DNA of 48,307 bases from a virus. Lineage: Duplodnaviria; Caudoviricetes. Shown in pieces: positions 36,269 to 44,817 of the stretch. The stretch's first letter is position 1, and every line of letters starts with the position of its first letter. The notes under the pieces were generated by a model. That model had not been told where the DNA came from. It made no database searches and was given only the letters and a program-made list of their open reading frames with translations. Both the position numbers and the translations under genes were made by a program. The DNA lies in the IMG/VR virus record IMGVR_UViG_3300011403_000004, positions 1-48,307 of that record. One strand, 5' to 3'.

Positions 36269-37865
36269 CGCCCCGCGCCTTGCGGGCCCAGTCGAGGGCC
36301 GCGCTCAACTCGTCGTCGATCAAGGCCCGCGTGGTATCCACATCCTTAACCACACCAAACGGCGCATCGCAGAAGGGGCAATACAGCGCATCGGCGAAGG
36401 CGTGATCGCCGCATGCCTTGCACGCCTTCATCTTATACTCTTTGGTCTGCCCAGCTGGGGCCCCGCCGCCCCCGGCCGCCTGGGGCTGCACACTGGGCAG
36501 CGGCGTAACGATCGGCAGCCGGGCCTGGGCCTGCCCGCCAACCAGCTTTTCATTGTCGTCGACGTTGCCTGCCTCAGTCGCATCCTTCGGTAGATACGCC
36601 TGATCGAGATCGCCCGCGTCGACCGCCGCGTTGAGCATCTGCATGGGGCTCAGGGCCCCGGCGTCGACGTAGACTTTCAGTTTGTCAGCGCGAGCCTTCT
36701 CAGCCTGGGCCTGCATCGTTTGCTCGCGCCAATCTTCGTTCGTACCCATATAGAAGACGGTGCTACCCGGCAGCGTCGTATGGGTCAAGGCAAGCTCCCA
36801 GTTCTTATCAAACGCCGCCATGCCCTGCCCCGCGTTGGCCTCGTCTCTAATCTGCGTAGATAGACCGGTGTTGAGCCCGGCCGGCGATTGTACGAAGTCC
36901 TCGACGTTGGCGCCGGTCGAGTGCGCATAGCGCTTGTATGCGTCTTCCCGCTCTTCCGTCACGTTGAAGCCGTCAGGTACTTCGGCGAGCGGGATGGTGA
37001 CAACCGTTGGTTGAGAGGACATGTCGAGGATCGGTATGATCGTCGAGCCCTTATACAGCACAAAGCCCCGCTGATCGCGCGCATCCTCTGACGTGTTGAG
37101 CGCGTCGCGCATCATACGATCAGACACGCCGGTCACGAAGTGGATAGCCAAGTTGCGGGTGCCGGTTATCTTCTCTCTGAAGTAGACCTCGACCGCTGCC
37201 AGCTTCAGGATGGTTGCCCAGGCACGCGAGGCTGAGCAGTATCCATAGCCGCGCATCTCGACCCGGGGCGATGGCATATCGGTGATCCGGATCACGTCTT
37301 CGGCGTCGAGCAGGTGATAGCCGCTATAATATGACCAATACACGATCGGCTTATTCGGATCGCCGGTCGGATAGCACCTGAGCGCGTCGAGGTGAAACAG
37401 CCCCGCCACTCTCGACCCCCGCGCGCTCGACTGCCGGGCCTTCTCGACGACCATGCCCATGTCAGTCAGCAGATAGTCTTGCAAGCCGCGCTGTAGCCCG
37501 CTGGCGTAGCTTCCATCGTATCCCAGTACCAACTGCTGAGCCGCCTTGATCCGTCGCTGGCTGTCGTCGGCGTCTTCGATCCTGAAGCCCTGCGCAACCT
37601 TCTTGCTGATCAGCTTGAAGATCACCGCTGACCACATCGTTTCAAACCCAGGGGTTTGGCTGAGCAGTCGATCGCGCCCGATCGAGCCTTGCGGGGGCAG
37701 TGCGAACTGCCCGTATTGTGCAATCCCTGGGATGCCCGAGAGCAAGCCGACCGGGCCCATGAGAATGGTAAACGGTGCCGCTGCGGTTGCGGGTATGGCA
37801 TCCTGCCGAGTGACTGAGCGCTTGCGGGCCTGCTCAACATCGGCCTGCGAAAGTGTATCGCTCAT
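36261..37865 (-). CDS. Portal protein
   Basis: 534 aa after TerL; GLFHLDALRC, DVIRITD and GYGYCSASRA portal-like motifs. Confidence 0.8.
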   Translation of the reverse strand: MSDTLSQADVEQARKRSVTRQDAIPATAAAPFTILMGPVGLLSGIPGIAQYGQFALPPQGSIGRDRLLSQTPGFETMWSAVIFKLISKKVAQGFRIEDADDSQRRIKAAQQLVLGYDGSYASGLQRGLQDYLLTDMGMVVEKARQSSARGSRVAGLFHLDALRCYPTGDPNKPIVYWSYYSGYHLLDAEDVIRITDMPSPRVEMRGYGYCSASRAWATILKLAAVEVYFREKITGTRNLAIHFVTGVSDRMMRDALNTSEDARDQRGFVLYKGSTIIPILDMSSQPTVVTIPLAEVPDGFNVTEEREDAYKRYAHSTGANVEDFVQSPAGLNTGLSTQIRDEANAGQGMAAFDKNWELALTHTTLPGSTVFYMGTNEDWREQTMQAQAEKARADKLKVYVDAGALSPMQMLNAAVDAGDLDQAYLPKDATEAGNVDDNEKLVGGQAQARLPIVTPLPSVQPQAAGGGGAPAGQTKEYKMKACKACGDHAFADALYCPFCDAPFGVVKDVDTTRALIDDELSAALDWARKARGDG

Positions 37866-37930
37866 ATAGCATCCCAGCTATCACATGCGACTGCCAAGCA
37901 GATCAGCAGCATAAGAAGGTGCAGTGTCAT

Positions 37931-39373
37931 CTATCCCCCATCATAGCGCAAGGCCCAGATAGTATAGCGGGCCTCGTCGACGCCGTGATCGTGCGCTTTC
38001 ACAATCTTCTCGTTCACATCGCGCCGATAGACCGCGATCTCATACCGAAAGTGTTTGCAGCGCGGATGCACGATCAGACGCCGGTAGCCGTTCGCATCCG
38101 GCGCAATCGCGCGGCGCATCTCTTTAATGCTCTCTTCCACATCGGAAGGACTGTTACGGGTATAGATCGCGCGGCCGTGTAATCGGGCTTTAAGCTCGGC
38201 TGCCGACTTGTCCACAACGGCAAAGTCAGGGATGGGGTAGGGCAGGTCGAGCATGCGATCAATGTGCTGTTCAGAGAGTAATCCTGTAGCGTAATCTTCG
38301 GCAAATCGGCATATGCGACCATCGCCCCGCAACTGGTACAGACCAAAAACACGCGGGTGCGATTCGGCGGTATAGTGTCCGGTTGCGCGGTCGAGCTTTC
38401 CAACATAGCCATCGTCACAGCCCCAGACGACTGGGCCGGCCCCCGGCTCGTAGTCGGCTGCATCAGTCACGTTGCCGTTTGGCGGGCCATCGCTCCATAC
38501 ATCAAAGATCGTATCCGTCGCAGCCGTGAACGCTTCAAGATCGTTGGCTGGGTATTCCCTGAGCACGGATGCCGCATCGCCGGCGCTCTCGACCAGGCGT
38601 TGATCGCGCCAGCCTGGGCCGCGATCAGGATGAGCAAACCAGGGCAGAAAGACCGCGGTATAGCCGTTCTCGCCGCTCGACGCCTGCTGCCAGAAACGAT
38701 GATAGGTTGATCCCATGCCGTCAGCGCTTGAGATGATAAACAGCTTGCCCCCGGCGTCGATGGTCGGCTTCACAGCTGCTAAGGTCTGCCGGGGCCATGC
38801 CATAAAGGCCCACTCGTCGAGGATCGCAATATTCGCGGTGAACGACCGGCCGGCCTTGCGCGTCGCTGCCAGGCTGAGCATTCTCGACCCGTTCGCCCAA
38901 CCCAGGCCCGCGATGTTATCGGTTGTGAGCGCCGGTAGCTGATCCTTCTGACGGTGCTGATGGTACAGGAATGCCACACGCCGGATCAGTTCGTTCGCTT
39001 CCAATTGGCCTTGGCTGTAGGCTAAGACGGTCTGGTTGCTTCGGTCGAGCAGTGACCACAGCGCATAGCCGCACGCGACCCAGGTGATCCCCAGCTGCCG
39101 CGCCTTGAGAAACACCGCAAGCTGTGCCGCTTCCATCGTGGCCAGCGCGCGGCGTTGCCCGTCCCACAGATGAAACGGCGCAACCCCATCACTGCCCAGG
39201 ATCTCGATCCGGGTCTGCTCGATGAACTGCGTCGGCGTCGAGCTCAGGCGCTGCGGGGCGATGGCGGGCGATAGCGTCGAGAAGTCGAATAGACTTGTCG
39301 GCAACGACCCCATGAAGGATCGCAAGTTCGCCCGCTGGCTGTCGCTCAATATAGTCAGGTTGTGAGACGACAT
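37931..39373 (-). CDS. terL: Terminase large subunit (start uncertain: 39373 or 39313)
   Basis: KARQLGIT (Walker A), AILDEWAF (Walker B), ISSADG, nuclease GCDDG/DKSA/HDHGVDEARY. Confidence 0.93.
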   Translation of the reverse strand: MSSHNLTILSDSQRANLRSFMGSLPTSLFDFSTLSPAIAPQRLSSTPTQFIEQTRIEILGSDGVAPFHLWDGQRRALATMEAAQLAVFLKARQLGITWVACGYALWSLLDRSNQTVLAYSQGQLEANELIRRVAFLYHQHRQKDQLPALTTDNIAGLGWANGSRMLSLAATRKAGRSFTANIAILDEWAFMAWPRQTLAAVKPTIDAGGKLFIISSADGMGSTYHRFWQQASSGENGYTAVFLPWFAHPDRGPGWRDQRLVESAGDAASVLREYPANDLEAFTAATDTIFDVWSDGPPNGNVTDAADYEPGAGPVVWGCDDGYVGKLDRATGHYTAESHPRVFGLYQLRGDGRICRFAEDYATGLLSEQHIDRMLDLPYPIPDFAVVDKSAAELKARLHGRAIYTRNSPSDVEESIKEMRRAIAPDANGYRRLIVHPRCKHFRYEIAVYRRDVNEKIVKAHDHGVDEARYTIWALRYDGG

Positions 39374-39614
39374 AGGCTTGCGCGATCAATGCTTGAAAAG
39401 CAGCTTCTAAATACATCATGGCGAGCGCCTCGATCCGCGTTTTTTTAACAAACGGATCGTGAACTATTTCAAACGTTTCCTGCCACGTTTGAAGCGTCGA
39501 CCGTGGAATACCATACTTTGCGGATGCCGCCCCTGGGCCCAGGACAAGCACATCAGCCAGGGCAGCGGCGCGCTCATCGTCCGTATAGCGCCTATAGTTG
39601 CGCTTCTCACTCAT
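39189..39614 (-). CDS. terS: Terminase small subunit
   Basis: N-terminal HTH (YTDDERAAAL...KYGIPRSTLQTW); upstream of terL. Confidence 0.75.
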   Translation of the reverse strand: MSEKRNYRRYTDDERAAALADVLVLGPGAASAKYGIPRSTLQTWQETFEIVHDPFVKKTRIEALAMMYLEAAFQALIAQAYVVSQPDYIERQPAGELAILHGVVADKSIRLLDAIARHRPAAPELDADAVHRADPDRDPGQ

Positions 39615-39793
39615 CGCCCGCCCTGCTTCTCGCGCATCTTAACGACAGCCTCATTGATCCGCTGCTGCAGCCGCTGATCGTCGGCGTTGTCCTTCGACGG
39701 GTCGTCTTTTGACGAGGTGTGCCCAGGGCAATACGGGCGCGCGTAACCGCACTCCGTACAGTAGCTGACGCCGTAGCGTACGACGATCGCCAT
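39611..39793 (-). CDS. Small Zn-binding hypothetical protein
   Basis: TGATG coupling; CTECG...C..H. Confidence 0.55.
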   Translation of the reverse strand: MAIVVRYGVSYCTECGYARPYCPGHTSSKDDPSKDNADDQRLQQRINEAVVKMREKQGGR

Positions 39794-39960
39794 CAGGGTA
39801 GCGTGATGAGCGGGCCGGCGATGATCACGACCGCCAGGCCAACACCGAACAGGAACATACACAGCCATTCTGGGAGTGCGAAATGTCGCGCAACCCACCA
39901 AAGGAGCGTTGCCAGTGCCGCCGCGATGATCGCGAGTAGGGTAGCAGGGCCAATCGTCAT
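39793..39960 (-). CDS. Two-TM holin candidate
   Basis: GAGGT RBS; MTIGPATLLAIIAAALATLLWWV...FLFGVGLAVVIIAGPLITLP; next to the endolysin. Confidence 0.55.
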   Translation of the reverse strand: MTIGPATLLAIIAAALATLLWWVARHFALPEWLCMFLFGVGLAVVIIAGPLITLP

Positions 39961-39964
39961 GATG

Positions 39965-40099
39965 TTACCTCAGTACAAAGAAGAGCCAATACAGCAACGC
40001 GCCAATCGCGTAGAACAGCGCTATCCACAATCCAGCGCCGATGATCATGGCCAGCAGGTAGCGCCATGACCAGCGCATCACCGGCGTCGGCGCGCTCAC
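39965..40099 (-). CDS. Small membrane protein (holin/antiholin candidate)
   Basis: GTGA-coupled to the endolysin; 44 aa, strongly hydrophobic. Confidence 0.5.
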   Translation of the reverse strand: MSAPTPVMRWSWRYLLAMIIGAGLWIALFYAIGALLYWLFFVLR

Positions 40100-40800
40100 A
40101 ACCCCTCAAGCCCTGCCAGGTCGACAAACCCGATGCCGGCCGGCACACCGTCGAGCGTCGCGACGTGACCATTCGATTCATCGTCGATCGTGACCGTTTG
40201 GCCGGGGCTGAGCCATCCCCACAACCGGCCGGTATGATCGGCGCGCTCATAGACCGGCAGGCCCTGCACACGATAGGGCTTCGGCTCGGGGGCAAACAGC
40301 GCGTCGCGCCATAGGATGAAGTCAGCATGGGCCCAGTTGGTTGGGTCGATCTTCCGTATGTAGGGGCCTGCTATCGCAACCTGCCCATGCGTATCGATCA
40401 GGGTCGAGGGTATGGCGTAATTCGTGCACAACTGCTGTAAGAGCCATGCGAGGGCATCCTTCTGGGCTGCTGGCCAGTTCTCGCCCTTTGCGTGCAGGCA
40501 CTCGATGCCAATGCTGTTTTCATTCAGGTAGGCTGATTGCGCGTTGCCGGCGTGCCATGCGGCGTACTGATTGGGGTTGAGAAATTCGATGATCTCAGCC
40601 GACCGCCCGATCAGGTAGTGCGCACTGATCGCCGACGAGGTGTAGATATAGCTGGCAGCGCTCGACAGCGTTTGCCCCTGGGCCCCCTCGGTCGAGTGGA
40701 CAACCACGCTGACCGGATCGCCGGGCCGCATGGAATAGCCATGGCCGACCGGATAGCGCTGGGCCTTTGCATAGGTTGTGCTGTCGATGGGCAACGCCAT
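40096..40800 (-). CDS. Endolysin, N-acetylmuramoyl-L-alanine amidase (Amidase_2) with SH3-like tail
   Basis: VVVHSTEG, SAHYLI, AWHAG, NENSIGIE, THGQV, KIDP. Confidence 0.92.
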   Translation of the reverse strand: MALPIDSTTYAKAQRYPVGHGYSMRPGDPVSVVVHSTEGAQGQTLSSAASYIYTSSAISAHYLIGRSAEIIEFLNPNQYAAWHAGNAQSAYLNENSIGIECLHAKGENWPAAQKDALAWLLQQLCTNYAIPSTLIDTHGQVAIAGPYIRKIDPTNWAHADFILWRDALFAPEPKPYRVQGLPVYERADHTGRLWGWLSPGQTVTIDDESNGHVATLDGVPAGIGFVDLAGLEGL

Positions 40801-40837
40801 GCGGCACCTATATGGGGATACTACAGGCTCCATGAAC

Positions 40838-40859
40838 AGTATACCGCATATGTCAAGCG
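40838..40859 (-). promoter_or_regulatory. Late-gene motif CGCTTGACATAT-N4-TATACT, copy 1
   Basis: At the head of the late operon; matches 33507-33528. Confidence 0.6.
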
Positions 40860-40895
40860 TCGCTACGATTCCGCTACGAAATTGCAATAAAACTC

Positions 40896-40926
40896 CTATT
40901 GCAATAGCCGCTATAGATGCTATAAT
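40896..40926 (+). promoter_or_regulatory. Early promoter with palindromic operator over the -35 box
   Basis: TTGCAA-16-TATAAT with TG extension; CTATTGCAATAG palindrome at 40896-40907; second ATTGCAAT at 40881. Confidence 0.7.
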
Positions 40927-40964
40927 GGTTACATTGAACCGAACGATTGAAAGGAACAAACGCA

Positions 40965-41183
40965 ATGACCATCACGATTAGCATCAACACTCACGCCGCC
41001 CAGTGCAACGCCGAAGGTATTTTTTCAAGCAACATTCGCCCGAACGTGTTCTTTCGCGAAACGGTCGCAGAGGTCGTAAAGACCGGCGTCGCCCCGAACA
41101 TCGGCCGCAAGCCCTACACCTGGTACGTTGTGAAGTATGGTTCCGGATACGCCTTCGTCACCGATCGCGACATTGTAAAGTAA
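40965..41183 (+). CDS. First early gene, hypothetical
   Basis: AAAGGA RBS after the promoter. Confidence 0.7.
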   Translation: MTITISINTHAAQCNAEGIFSSNIRPNVFFRETVAEVVKTGVAPNIGRKPYTWYVVKYGSGYAFVTDRDIVK

Positions 41184-41195
41184 GAACACTCGACC

Positions 41196-41218
41196 AGGCC
41201 CGGCACTGTGCCGGGCCT
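41196..41218 (+). terminator. GC-rich hairpin/palindrome after the first early gene
   Basis: AGGCCCGGCAC-T-GTGCCGGGCCT; weak U-tract. Confidence 0.5.
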
Positions 41219-41239
41219 CTAGCCCAAAGGAGAAACAGG

Positions 41240-41557
41240 ATGCCCCGAGAGCAGATCAACCTGAGCCTGAGCCCCGAGACACGCGACAAGCTCGACATGC
41301 TTGTCACGCGGGCGCGCAAGTCGACCGGGCTTGAGACGAGCCGCACGACGATCATTACGGTGTTGGTCGAGGCTGCCGCGAGCCGGGTCGAGGCCCAGAC
41401 CCAGCCGCTGAAGCGCGTTGAGCGCGTGATGGACGGCCGCAAGCTGCTGGGCTTCAACGGCTATTACGGCGATCATCAGGTGGCATACGAAGAGAAGACC
41501 GAAGACATGGCCCAGGCCAAGATCGACGCTTATGCTTTTCAGGAGTTGAGCCGATGA
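41240..41557 (+). CDS. Ribbon-helix-helix-like DNA-binding protein
   Basis: AAAGGAG RBS; QINLSLSPETRDKLDML...SRTTIITVLVE. Confidence 0.65.
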   Translation: MPREQINLSLSPETRDKLDMLVTRARKSTGLETSRTTIITVLVEAAASRVEAQTQPLKRVERVMDGRKLLGFNGYYGDHQVAYEEKTEDMAQAKIDAYAFQELSR

Positions 41558-41691
41558 GCAAGAAGTCAACCAACTTCACCGGCAAGAAGCCCGGCAAGCC
41601 CAGTCACCTGCTCGACCTGATGAAGTGGGTTGGCATGACGGACGAAGAGATTAGAGCAGCATTACTCAAGCAGAAAGAAGGCAAACAATGA
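41554..41691 (+). CDS. 45-aa hypothetical protein
   Basis: AGGAG RBS; ATGA overlaps at both ends. Confidence 0.55.
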   Translation: MSKKSTNFTGKKPGKPSHLLDLMKWVGMTDEEIRAALLKQKEGKQ

Positions 41692-42239
41692 GCACCGCGA
41701 TCACCTACATCTGCACGCGCGCCCGGTCGACCGAGCACATCTTTGATGTCGAGGTCAACGGCGTGATCGTCGCTGCTGCCAGCAACTACCATGCGGCCGA
41801 GCTCGTCGCGCGAGAGGTCGAGGCGCGCGAGGCCCAGACGATCATCGTTGAGGGCCTTGAACTGCACGCGCCGCTCGCCCGTTGTCAGCAGCCTGACGAC
41901 CTGTGCAGCGTCGACGACCCCTGCCCCGCGCATGCCGCTGACGCTCGGGCCTATCTCGACGCCGAAGCCGAGGCACTGATCGATTCAGCGATGGCTGACG
42001 AACTGGCAGCACTCAACGATCCGCGATGCCCATGCGGCTCGCCGGCCATGTTCTTTGTGCAGTATCCCCATCGGGTCTATGCCTACTGCCCCGAGTGCTA
42101 TAGCGAGCAGAAAAGCCCGCCGCTGCTCTATCAGTGCGCCGCCATCATTCGCCGCTGCCTGGGCTCGACCACCGGGGCCGGGGGCATCATCGAAGAGTTG
42201 CGACGGGTCGAGCAGGCCCTGAGCCGGGAGGGTTGGTAA
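41688..42239 (+). CDS. Cys-rich hypothetical protein
   Basis: CPCG...YCPEC zinc-finger-like motifs. Confidence 0.65.
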   Translation: MSTAITYICTRARSTEHIFDVEVNGVIVAAASNYHAAELVAREVEAREAQTIIVEGLELHAPLARCQQPDDLCSVDDPCPAHAADARAYLDAEAEALIDSAMADELAALNDPRCPCGSPAMFFVQYPHRVYAYCPECYSEQKSPPLLYQCAAIIRRCLGSTTGAGGIIEELRRVEQALSREGW

Positions 42240-42361
42240 TGAAATGGCAGCACCTGAGCCCGCGCGCCCGCGTCGTTGCCCTGATCGCCCTGTTGGTTAT
42301 CCTGTTCGTTTGTAGCGCATGCTTCGGCCCAGAAGCGGCATGCAACCTTGATCCGTGTTAG
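42239..42361 (+). CDS. Small membrane/lipoprotein-like peptide
   Basis: GGAGG RBS; basic N-terminus, hydrophobic stretch, CSAC. Confidence 0.45.
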   Translation: MKWQHLSPRARVVALIALLVILFVCSACFGPEAACNLDPC

Positions 42362-42372
42362 GAGCCCCCACA

Positions 42373-42579
42373 ATGCAGCAGCACGCGACACCAGACATCG
42401 AGATCCGCATGACGGCGTATGATCACCTGAGCGCGCATCAAGTCGCGCTCAGGGCCGCCCAGGCCCTTCTAGCGGCAGCCCAGACCGGGCGCGACAAAGT
42501 GATCTATGAAGTTTGGATACTCAACGCCAAACGCAACATTGCACACTGGCAGGCCCAGATAGAAAGAGAGCACCGATGA
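42373..42579 (+). CDS. Hypothetical protein
   Basis: AGGAG RBS. Confidence 0.55.
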   Translation: MQQHATPDIEIRMTAYDHLSAHQVALRAAQALLAAAQTGRDKVIYEVWILNAKRNIAHWQAQIEREHR

Positions 42580-42788
42580 TCGAACGCTACACACCTGAGC
42601 AGGCCGAACGGCTCGCGCTGATCGCGCCCGACCTGCTGACCATCGCCCATGACCTGCACGCGCTGCTATGGCACTACGACTTGGCTCGACAGCCAAACGG
42701 CGTCAACTGGGGCGAGCCGGAAGTGTTACGGGCTGAGTATATCAAGCGGCTCGAAGCACTCTTTGTACAGATGGAGGGAAAGACGTGA
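42576..42788 (+). CDS. Hypothetical protein
   Basis: ATGA coupling. Confidence 0.55.
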   Translation: MIERYTPEQAERLALIAPDLLTIAHDLHALLWHYDLARQPNGVNWGEPEVLRAEYIKRLEALFVQMEGKT

Positions 42789-42976
42789 GCGTAACCACTG
42801 ATACTATTGAAAACATCAGGCGAGAACTAGGGGAGGCAAGCTACAGTACCCGACTCGACATCGCACAGATCGAGGCCCTTGTACATGCGCTCGACCTGCT
42901 GACAGTCCTGGTTGAGAAGTTGCACGCGCGGGTGCTGTTCTTAGAGCAGCAACAGTCGAGTAGGGAAAATTACTAG
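42785..42976 (+). CDS. Hypothetical coiled-coil protein
   Basis: GGAGGG RBS; GTGA coupling. Confidence 0.55.
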   Translation: MSVTTDTIENIRRELGEASYSTRLDIAQIEALVHALDLLTVLVEKLHARVLFLEQQQSSRENY

Positions 42977-43037
42977 CGGCGCTTCTGGGCTTGGCGCACA
43001 TCTCAGGCCCATCTTATCTATAAGGGGATCACACATC

Positions 43038-43904
43038 ATGGCAGACTTCGATCAGGATGACGGCAGCCAGTACAGCACCTATCAAGACGATGCGACGCAC
43101 GGCGATGGACTGACGCGGATTCAGTGGCGGCATGGCGACAAGAAACATCAGTCGGCCGGGTTTTTCTTTCTGACCAAGGAGAGCGCGCCTGAGGGCTTCA
43201 CGCCGACCGGCTCGACCTGGGTCGAGCATCGCGAATACTTCGAGAGCACCGACAAAACGATCGAGGGCTGGAAGATTGAAAAACTTCAGGCAGCGATCAT
43301 CTGCGCCCGCGCTCAGCCGTACGTACGGGGCGAGAAGGGCGACGCGCCGATCTGGCTCGATCAGTGGGATGCCTCGCGCAACTGCGCCATGCATGCCGAT
43401 GTGCTGCTGGTTGCCGATGGCTTGCAAGACCTGGGGCCCGTCAAATGGTCGACCAACGGCAGCACCGTCGCGTTTGCGATCATCGGTCGAGCCGACCCGA
43501 AGCGCGATCCCCAGGGCGGCATCCTGCACCGCATGCGCGAAGAGGTGCTGGCAGCTGCTGACGCCGTGTCCAAGGTTGCCTATCGCAAGAAGAAGAATCT
43601 GTATTGGCTGTTCTGGGCAACCATCGGCACCGAGCGCGACGCGAAGGGCAACGTTGTCTATACCGCGACCAAAGGCCCGATGGTCACGATCCCCAGGTTG
43701 CAGCTACCGAACATGGTCGACACCGCATGGCTCAAGAAGGCGTTTGTCGGCAGCGACATGGCCGCGTACGGCGAAGAGATGCGCGGTCTGTACGACGAGT
43801 GGAAGCTGACCAAGTTTACCAACGACGCGCCCCAGGCCCCAGGCCCAGGCTCGACGCCTGCCGGCCGCAACCAGCCGCAACCGGTCGAGGATCTGCCGTT
43901 CTAG
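43038..43904 (+). CDS. Putative ssDNA-binding/recombination protein
   Basis: Pro-rich flexible tail ending EDLPF, as in SSB C-termini; sits in the replication arm. Confidence 0.55.
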   Translation: MADFDQDDGSQYSTYQDDATHGDGLTRIQWRHGDKKHQSAGFFFLTKESAPEGFTPTGSTWVEHREYFESTDKTIEGWKIEKLQAAIICARAQPYVRGEKGDAPIWLDQWDASRNCAMHADVLLVADGLQDLGPVKWSTNGSTVAFAIIGRADPKRDPQGGILHRMREEVLAAADAVSKVAYRKKKNLYWLFWATIGTERDAKGNVVYTATKGPMVTIPRLQLPNMVDTAWLKKAFVGSDMAAYGEEMRGLYDEWKLTKFTNDAPQAPGPGSTPAGRNQPQPVEDLPF

Positions 43905-43954
43905 AAGGGAGGTGATCCGCATGAAGTGGGCTAGCTGGTCAACCTAAGCACGGC

Positions 43955-43989
43955 AGTCGAGGCCCAGGAACAGATCCCGGGCTTCGACT
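43955..43989 (+). terminator. Hairpin after the SSB-like gene and micro-ORF
   Basis: AGTCGAGGCCCAGGA-acaga-TCCCGGGCTTCGACT. Confidence 0.55.
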
Positions 43990-44037
43990 ATAAGCACAGC
44001 GAATACATTCTACCATAGTTTATAAGTGAAGATGTGA

Positions 44038-44066
44038 TTGTATAAATGTTCGCATTTTGGTATAAT
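44038..44066 (+). promoter_or_regulatory. Sigma70-type promoter of the modification/replication operon
   Basis: TTGTAT-17-TATAAT with TG extension, in an AT-rich island. Confidence 0.7.
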
Positions 44067-44104
44067 TCGTTTTACAATTGTTTGACGTAAAGGAGCTCAA
44101 CGCC

Positions 44105-44254
44105 ATGCCGCGCGAGATCATTGTAGCTGTCCGACTGAATGAGGATGAGAAGGCTCGATTGGCACTACTGGCAGCCGAACGGAAGATAACCCCCAGCGCG
44201 TTTCTACGCCGCTGCCTGGCCCTCTCGAAGCCGATCAGGAAACAGGCCGCATGA
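44105..44254 (+). CDS. Ribbon-helix-helix (CopG/MobC-like) protein, 49 aa
   Basis: AAAGGAG RBS; IVAVRLNEDEKARLALLAAERKITPSAFLR. Confidence 0.75.
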   Translation: MPREIIVAVRLNEDEKARLALLAAERKITPSAFLRRCLALSKPIRKQAA

Positions 44255-44598
44255 GAAGCCACACCGGAAAAACGCGATCATTCTATCAGCTGTCGCGCGG
44301 CTGGCCTGAGCAGCGCAACAGCCCCAACCGTGATCGCTACCTCGACGAGATCATGATCGGCTTCTATGCCCCCAGCGGCGCATGCTCGGGCGAGTTTGCG
44401 ATCCGCTGGTACGATGTCGGCAAAGACATCATGCCCAGGCTGGAGGCGTTCGATGATAGCTGGCATGCCTTGGCTCAGTGCATCGATCTGATCTCGGTGC
44501 TGGGGCAGCACGACAGTGAAACGATCACGCCGTCGATGCTGTGCACGATCTTAACCGACCTGGGGTTTATCGACCGAACGCCGATCGCTCGACCGTAA
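44251..44598 (+). CDS. Hypothetical protein
   Basis: ATGA-coupled; GEFAIRW...PRLEAFDDSW. Confidence 0.7.
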   Translation: MRSHTGKTRSFYQLSRGWPEQRNSPNRDRYLDEIMIGFYAPSGACSGEFAIRWYDVGKDIMPRLEAFDDSWHALAQCIDLISVLGQHDSETITPSMLCTILTDLGFIDRTPIARP

Positions 44599-44817
44599 CA
44601 TGGGGCAGCCGTTCACCCCAGCGGCTGCCCCTATGCACGAATGCCGCAGCGTCGCGTCTTTCGTGTTGCCACAAGAAGGAGCATGTATTGTGCCACTAAA
44701 ACCGATTCACTATCGTGTTTCCAGTCAGCTTGACTGGGCCGATCTGATGATCGCCGGCACACGCGGTTGGCGGCGTGTCTACTGGCGAGCCGTACGGCGC
44801 TTCTGGAAGGTGTGTCT

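Noticed and set aside
39438-39450. A7 slippery site in terS producing a TerS-TerL fusion
   Set aside because: Both shifted frames hit stop codons before joining the TerL frame.
40801-40965. Hydrophobic N-terminal extension (SAR/signal) on the endolysin
   Set aside because: It runs through the divergent promoter region; an RBS and ATG at 40800 fit better.
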